A stretch of DNA of 64,000 bases, from NCBI GenBank assembly GCA_949065595.1, contig CARSXK010000002.1, positions 29,387 through 93,386 on the forward strand. The letters run 5' to 3'. Positions 58,618-64,000 of this stretch are shown piece by piece (within the stretch, counting starts at the first letter, position 1; every line of letters starts with the position of its first letter). A program made the translations under genes and the position numbers. The notes beneath the pieces are model-generated. The model had not been told where the DNA came from. It did no database searches and saw nothing but the letters and a program-made list of their open reading frames with translations. The stretch is from an uncultured Bacilli bacterium (GTDB lineage: Bacteria; Bacillota_I; Bacilli_A; RF39; UBA660).

Positions 58618-59886
58618 TTATCCTCCTATAATCTCTTCCACATTTGCGACGATTGCACCATCCATCATTTTAATCTGAATAGAGGCTCCTTTTTCAATTT
58701 TTTTAACACTATGAAGTAAGGTATTATTATGATATGTGAGTGTATAACCTCTTTTTAAAACACCAAGAGGATTCAGTAATTCCAATTTTTCAATTGTATT
58801 TTTTAATTTTATTTGATAAGGTTCATACAGTTGTTTTGGATTGCAAAGAATATAATGCGTTTGAAATTGTTTAAGGGAAAACTGCTTTTTTTCTAATAGC
58901 TTTTGCATTCCATGCATTAATTTTTCATACATTATATCCAATTTTTGTTTTTTATTTTCAAAAAGCAACATTGGATTTTTAATGACAAATGAACTCTTGA
59001 AACTTTCTAAATATAATTTTTGCATTTTTACTTTTTTCATAATACTTTCATTCAAACGAATTTGATACTGTGTCATTCTATGTTTCAAATCCATCAAACT
59101 AGGAACAGCAAGCTCTGCTGCCCCTGTTGGCGTTGGCGCTCTCAAATCAGCAACAAAATCCGCAATGGTATAATCAATTTCATGTCCAACTGCACTAATA
59201 ATAGGTATATCAGATGCAAAAATGGTACGTGCCACTTCTTCATCATTGAAACAATTCAAATCTTCAAAGGCACCACCACCACGACCTACAATCAAGACAT
59301 CTAAATTATAAGTATTGGCTTGTTTGATTTTTTGAACAATATCAGCTGCTGCATTTTCACCTTGTACCAAGCAGGGAAATAAATACGTTTCACATAAAGG
59401 AAATCTCCTTCGAATTGTAGATATAATATCACGGACTGCTGCCCCTGTAGATGCAGTAATAATTCCTAATTTTTCTGGAATTTTAGGTATTTCTTTTTTA
59501 TATTTAGAATCAAATAAACCTTCTGCTTCCAATTTCTTTTTCAATGCTTCAAAGGCAACATACAAATTTCCAATTCCATCTTCTATTAAATCTTCTACAT
59601 AGATTTGATAATTTCCAGTTGCTTCATAAACACTAACTGTACCTGTTACAAGTACTTTCATTCCTTCTGCAGGAACAAAATTCAATTTAGAAGCATGGGT
59701 ACGAAACATGATGGCATTGATTTTACTATTTTCATCTTTGATGGAAAAATATAAATGCCCTGTTGTATGAGACTTGAAATTGGAAATCTCTCCACGTAAA
59801 AAAATATTTCTTAAGTTGGAATCACTATCAAATTTATACTTTAAATACCGTGTAAGAGCGGTAACAGTTAAATACTTATCGTCCAT
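58618..59886 (-). CDS. xseA: exodeoxyribonuclease VII large subunit
   Basis: OB-fold N-terminus (V.GEISNFK.H.TGHLYFS.KD), GIITS..GAA..D, RGGG..EDL..FN.E, SAVGHE.D.T..DFVAD.RA.TPT. Confidence 0.9.
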   Translation of the reverse strand: MDDKYLTVTALTRYLKYKFDSDSNLRNIFLRGEISNFKSHTTGHLYFSIKDENSKINAIMFRTHASKLNFVPAEGMKVLVTGTVSVYEATGNYQIYVEDLIEDGIGNLYVAFEALKKKLEAEGLFDSKYKKEIPKIPEKLGIITASTGAAVRDIISTIRRRFPLCETYLFPCLVQGENAAADIVQKIKQANTYNLDVLIVGRGGGAFEDLNCFNDEEVARTIFASDIPIISAVGHEIDYTIADFVADLRAPTPTGAAELAVPSLMDLKHRMTQYQIRLNESIMKKVKMQKLYLESFKSSFVIKNPMLLFENKKQKLDIMYEKLMHGMQKLLEKKQFSLKQFQTHYILCNPKQLYEPYQIKLKNTIEKLELLNPLGVLKRGYTLTYHNNTLLHSVKKIEKGASIQIKMMDGAIVANVEEIIGG

Positions 59887-59894
59887 AAATTCTC

Positions 59895-60305
59895 CTATTT
59901 ATTATGATATATTTTGTCTAGTACACTATTAATCATTTTTCTTACACTATCATCACTATATAATTTGGCAAGTTCCACTGCTTCATTAATACAAACAATA
60001 TCTGGTGTATCTGTATACATTAATTCATAAATACCAAGTCTTAAAATCGCAGAATCTGTATTCCCTAAACGATCAATTGTCCAACCTTCCAAATAAGTAT
60101 TGGCAAGTTGATCGATTTCCCTTTTATAGGTTATTACACCATATACCATCTCTTTGACAAATTCATTATCAATTTCGACAACTTCTTTGATAATCGAATC
60201 CGTATCATATTGTATTTTATTGTTTTGGTATACATTGATTTGATATAAAATTGTCATTATTTTTTTTCTAAGTTCACTACGATTACGTTGCTCCATATTG
60301 CTCAC
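59895..60305 (-). CDS. nusB: transcription antitermination factor NusB
   Basis: ~135 aa; R...R....Q.LY; IL.LG.YEL.Y..TP..V.INEAVELAK. Confidence 0.85.
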   Translation of the reverse strand: MSNMEQRNRSELRKKIMTILYQINVYQNNKIQYDTDSIIKEVVEIDNEFVKEMVYGVITYKREIDQLANTYLEGWTIDRLGNTDSAILRLGIYELMYTDTPDIVCINEAVELAKLYSDDSVRKMINSVLDKIYHNK

Positions 60306-60358
60306 CTTTATTCATTTTAACATAAATTTAATCAAACAGGAAGAAAAAAGAGCAAAGT

Positions 60359-60901
60359 TTATATGCTCATCAATTCTTGCTCTTTTTCTTTTGCGCAATT
60401 TTCTACAATTTTATTGTATTTTTGAATCAGTTCTTGTATTTCATCTTGTAAAGATTTCATATCATCTTCTGGAATTTCCAAATGCTTTACATCATTATTG
60501 GCATCTTGTCTTATATTACGAAGCGCAATTTTCGCTTCTTCTGCAATTGTTTTAGCCTGTTTGACATAATCTCTTCTTGTTTCTTCTGTAAGTGCTGGAA
60601 TATTTAAGATAATTGTTTCACCATTGTTATTAGGTGTCAAGCCAATATTGGCCTCATAAATACTTTTTTCAATTAATCCAATACTGGATTTATCAAATGG
60701 TTTGATGCACAATTGTCTTGCTTCTGGAATCGATACGGTAGCCAACTGTTTCAAAGGCGTATCAACTCCATAGTAAGATACCATAACATGATCCAAAATC
60801 GCAGGATTGGCTCTTCCAGCACGAATATTTAATAATCTTTTTTCCAAGCTTTCAATGGCTGATTTCATTCTAAATTCTGTTTCTTCTAAAATTTGTTCCA
60901 T
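60359..60901 (-). CDS. frr: ribosome recycling factor
   Basis: IRAGRANP..LD...V.YYG...PL.Q.A.....E.R...I.P.D; LTEE.R...VK. Confidence 0.95.
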   Translation of the reverse strand: MEQILEETEFRMKSAIESLEKRLLNIRAGRANPAILDHVMVSYYGVDTPLKQLATVSIPEARQLCIKPFDKSSIGLIEKSIYEANIGLTPNNNGETIILNIPALTEETRRDYVKQAKTIAEEAKIALRNIRQDANNDVKHLEIPEDDMKSLQDEIQELIQKYNKIVENCAKEKEQELMSI

Positions 60902-60945
60902 TCTATCCTCCTATAATATTATTATAATATAGTCATTCTAAATAT

Positions 60946-61578
60946 TCAAGAAATATGTTTGGTTTTATCTTGTAAAAATGTTTCTAATTTCTGTACTATT
61001 TCAGAACCTGTTTGTTTGGCCTTTTCTGTTCTATAATAAAACATTTGACCAATTGGATTCACACATCCATTTTTTAAATCTTCTTCATAATAAGTAAACA
61101 TGCCTGTTTGTTCCAATAAAGCGATTAATTGCTCTTTCTGATAACAGTATTTAGAAAGAAAAAACTCTTCATACAGGGAATCTATGGTTACCACTCTCAT
61201 GGCACAATCAAAAATAATATGGCCCTTTTTTAACCAAGAATGGTAATATACCTGATTTTTATCTTCAAAATCGAAAACACCTTGAATCAGGTGCCAAGAA
61301 GGATTGGCAAGACAAAATATACTAGAAAGAATATAACATCCACGTTCCGATTGATGATGAAAATCGAGTTTTACAGTCTGATAGTACTGGTGCATAAATT
61401 CATCAAGCAATTCCACATTTGATACAATTTCGTCAACGATTTCATCCGAAACATCAGGATGAAATCCAATATAACCATTATCGTATAGGGCAATATCATC
61501 CTTGGTAAAATAAGGCCATAATTTTCTAACAGCAACACGATCTAATTGTTTCAATTTTTGTTTTTCCGATAAGTCCAC
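60946..61578 (-). CDS. hypothetical protein
   Basis: 210-aa ORF between tsf and frr, where pyrH usually sits; no motif recognised. Confidence 0.45.
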   Translation of the reverse strand: MDLSEKQKLKQLDRVAVRKLWPYFTKDDIALYDNGYIGFHPDVSDEIVDEIVSNVELLDEFMHQYYQTVKLDFHHQSERGCYILSSIFCLANPSWHLIQGVFDFEDKNQVYYHSWLKKGHIIFDCAMRVVTIDSLYEEFFLSKYCYQKEQLIALLEQTGMFTYYEEDLKNGCVNPIGQMFYYRTEKAKQTGSEIVQKLETFLQDKTKHIS

Positions 61579-61635
61579 AATATCACCTAATATTTATCAT
61601 AACACATTTTTAGAAAATGAAAAAGAGCAAAGCTC

Positions 61636-62508
61636 TTATCCGTTGATTTGTTTTGCAACTTCAGCTGCAAAATCTTCTTCTCTTTTTTCAATCCCTTCGC
61701 CAACTTCATAGCGAATCATATTGATAATCGTTCCATTGTTGTTCTTGACATAAGTTCCAACAGAAATATCCCCATCTTTGATAAAAGGTTGTTCTTCCAA
61801 ACAAATTTCTTTGTAGTATTTTTGAATACGACCTTCAACCATTTTTTCAGCAATATCAGCTGGTTTTCCTTCATTAATAGCCTGTTCTTTTAAAACAGTT
61901 CTTTCTTTTTCCAATTGTTCTGCTGGTACATTTTCCTTTTTCACATATTCTGGTTTCATTGCAGCTGCATGCATTGCCACATCCTTAGCTACCTCACTAT
62001 TTCCACCATCAATGATCGTCAAAACAGCGATTTTTCCACCCATATGAATATATTCTCCAAAGAATTCATGATCTGCTTTACTTACTTTTGCAAATCTTCT
62101 CAATGATAATTTTTCCCCTATTTTAGCAGTTTTATTTACAATTAAATCATTTAAGGTCCCATCCTCACAAGAAAGTTCCAATGCTTCTTCCACTGTTGAA
62201 ACATTTCCATTCATTAATACTTCTAAAACAGTTGAAACCATTCCAGTGAATTCTTCATTCTTTGCAACAAAATCGGTTTCAGAATTGATTTCCACAATTA
62301 CAGCTTCATTTCCTTTTACTAAAATACTTGCCAAACCTTCTGCAGCTATACGATCTGCTTTTTTGGCAGCTTTTGAGATGCCTTTTTCTCTTAACCAATC
62401 CATAGAAGCATTAATATCTCCATTGTTTGCTTCTAATGCTTTTTTACAATCTAACATTCCTGCACCAGATTTTTCTCTTAATTCTTTTACTAAATTTGCG
62501 CTTATCAT
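61636..62508 (-). CDS. tsf: translation elongation factor Ts
   Basis: MISANLVKELREKSGAGMLDCKKAL start. ATG at 62508 follows AGGAGG. Confidence 0.95.
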   Translation of the reverse strand: MISANLVKELREKSGAGMLDCKKALEANNGDINASMDWLREKGISKAAKKADRIAAEGLASILVKGNEAVIVEINSETDFVAKNEEFTGMVSTVLEVLMNGNVSTVEEALELSCEDGTLNDLIVNKTAKIGEKLSLRRFAKVSKADHEFFGEYIHMGGKIAVLTIIDGGNSEVAKDVAMHAAAMKPEYVKKENVPAEQLEKERTVLKEQAINEGKPADIAEKMVEGRIQKYYKEICLEEQPFIKDGDISVGTYVKNNNGTIINMIRYEVGEGIEKREEDFAAEVAKQING

Positions 62509-62555
62509 AAATTTCCTCCTTTTTATGAAAAAAGATGAATATATCATCTTTCTTT

Positions 62556-63605
62556 TTATTTTAAAGCTTCTAAAAGTTCAGCTTTTTTCATTGTTGAATA
62601 TCCTTTTACTTCCTTCGCTTTTGCCATTTCACGAAGTTCAGTTACTGTTAGTGTAGACAAGTCTTGGTTGGCTTCTTCTTTTTCAACTACTTTTTCTACA
62701 ACTTCAGCTTTTGGACTTTCTGTTTTTACTTCAGTTTTTTCGAAAGATTTTTTATTATCTGAATTTACATTTTTATGATTTCCATGAAATTTATCGTTAC
62801 GATTATTTTTTCCTTCAAATCTTCTAGGTCTATCTTCTTTTCTTTTTACAGATTCTACTGCACGTTCCATAATGGCTTCTGCACTACTATTTTTGTCATC
62901 TTCTTTGACATAATCTACTAATTTTCCACCATTTGCTTCTACAACAGCATTCGCCATAACACCTGTGATTAACTTAACAGCACGAATCGCATCATCGTTT
63001 CCAGGGATTACATAATCAACCATGTCTGGATCACAATTGGTATCAACAATTCCAAATACAGGAATGTTTAATTTTCTTGCTTCTTTAATTGCGATATCTT
63101 CTTTAGAAGGATCCACAATATATAAAGCACTTGGTAATTTGGTCATTTCACGAATACCACATAAAATTTTATTTAATTTATCATATTCTTTTTTAAGACC
63201 AATTACTTCTTTCTTTGGTAATAAATCGAATGTTCCATCTTGTTCCATTTTTTCGATTTCTTCCAAACGTTTTACTCTTTTACGAATGGTTTTAAAGTTT
63301 GTTAAAGTTCCACCCAACCATCTTTCTGAAACATAATAAGAATTTGAACGAAGTGCTTCTTCTTTAATTGCTTCACTTGCTTGTTTTCTAGTTCCTACAA
63401 AAAGTACTTTTCCACCTTGTTCTGCAATTGCTTTTAATGCTGCATATGCTTCTTCGATTTTTTTTGCTGTTTTTTGTAAATCGATAATGTAAATTTCATC
63501 TCTTGCTGTAAAAATATACTCTTTCATTTTGGGGTTCCATCTTTTGGTTTGATGACCAAAGTGAACACCTGCCTCTAGTAAATAACTCATTGACACTACT
63601 GCCAT
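62556..63605 (-). CDS. rpsB: 30S ribosomal protein S2 with ~110-aa C-terminal extension
   Basis: [34 protein letters not shown]. The tail ends in [30 protein letters not shown]. Confidence 0.95.
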   Translation of the reverse strand: MAVVSMSYLLEAGVHFGHQTKRWNPKMKEYIFTARDEIYIIDLQKTAKKIEEAYAALKAIAEQGGKVLFVGTRKQASEAIKEEALRSNSYYVSERWLGGTLTNFKTIRKRVKRLEEIEKMEQDGTFDLLPKKEVIGLKKEYDKLNKILCGIREMTKLPSALYIVDPSKEDIAIKEARKLNIPVFGIVDTNCDPDMVDYVIPGNDDAIRAVKLITGVMANAVVEANGGKLVDYVKEDDKNSSAEAIMERAVESVKRKEDRPRRFEGKNNRNDKFHGNHKNVNSDNKKSFEKTEVKTESPKAEVVEKVVEKEEANQDLSTLTVTELREMAKAKEVKGYSTMKKAELLEALK

Positions 63606-63786
63606 ATTTCATTCCTCCTTTTGTTATTTTCTTCCATTATTTCGAAATAACACCACCTGCTGGCACTCGGCATTACAATCCATAATGTGTTTATTTGAAA
63701 AAGCCATTTGTATTATACCATATAATTCTATGTAGATACAAGCAAAAAAATACACAATTCTATGGTTTTTCGAAATACTTTTTTAG

Positions 63787-64000
63787 CTATAACATTTTCC
63801 ATGGTTTTATCTTTGTGTTATCCTTTTCATATACTCGATAAAGTGCTAAAGGATTTTTATGTTGATCTTGAAATAAAATAACACTCGTCTGATATCGATT
63901 TTCTAAAATGGAACCGTTTCGAATTCTTTTTTCTAAATAAGAATCCACAGTAATGGCTGGATATTTGGATAAAATATGAGAATAATTATGCAATTGAAAA
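63787..64000 (-). CDS. truB: C-terminal fragment of a PUA-domain protein, probably tRNA pseudouridine(55) synthase TruB; 5' end outside window
   Basis: The frame is open to the window edge. The C-terminus ...NGSIL......PLALYRVYEKDNTKIKPWKML resembles TruB tails. Confidence 0.45.
   Translation of the reverse strand, partial: FQLHNYSHILSKYPAITVDSYLEKRIRNGSILENRYQTSVILFQDQHKNPLALYRVYEKDNTKIKPWKML

Overview
Very AT-rich chromosomal window from a spore-forming low-GC Firmicute (sigG, gpr, spoIIM, spoIVB, ylbJ and ylmC are present); the exact taxon cannot be told by eye. It has three parts.
(1) 1-20.2 kb: housekeeping and sporulation genes, 19 of 25 on the + strand. These include hemW, sigG, an ApbE/FMN-binding flavinylation cluster, holA, a PilB/ComGA-type ATPase with two prepilins, ylbJ, rpsT, gpr, spoIIM and mnmA.
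(2) 20.2-31 kb: an accessory island. A 28-bp near-canonical dif (XerC/XerD) site sits at 20602-20629. Directly beside it is an ~8.6 kb inovirus-like filamentous prophage. It carries a pC194-type rolling-circle Rep, a Zot-like assembly ATPase, a chain of overlapping small membrane proteins, a 608-aa pIII-like protein and an XRE repressor, but no integrase. Its far end is a half-dif site (29187-29214) that shares a 20-bp direct repeat with the chromosomal dif. This is the architecture of a Xer-exploiting element (IMEX). A NERD-nuclease/membrane-protein gene pair and an Asn-rich peptide gene follow.
(3) 31-64 kb: zupT, then a complete type II-A CRISPR-Cas locus (cas9-cas1-cas2-csn2, leader, 7 repeats/6 spacers, divergent tracrRNA). 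Housekeeping genes follow, 30 of 33 on the - strand: dps, deoB, xerD, pilD/pilC-like, trmK, rpoD, dnaG, uvsE, comEC, comEA, rseP, cdsA, uppS, spoIVB, xseAB, nusB, frr, tsf, rpsB and a truB fragment.
The coding strands converge on the dif site, so the window probably spans the replication terminus.
Most notable finding: the oldest CRISPR spacer matches a GC-rich hairpin-forming intergenic region of the resident prophage at 29 of 30 nt, and the one mismatch is at the PAM-adjacent base. All calls come from reading the sequence and from remembered family motifs; no searches were run.
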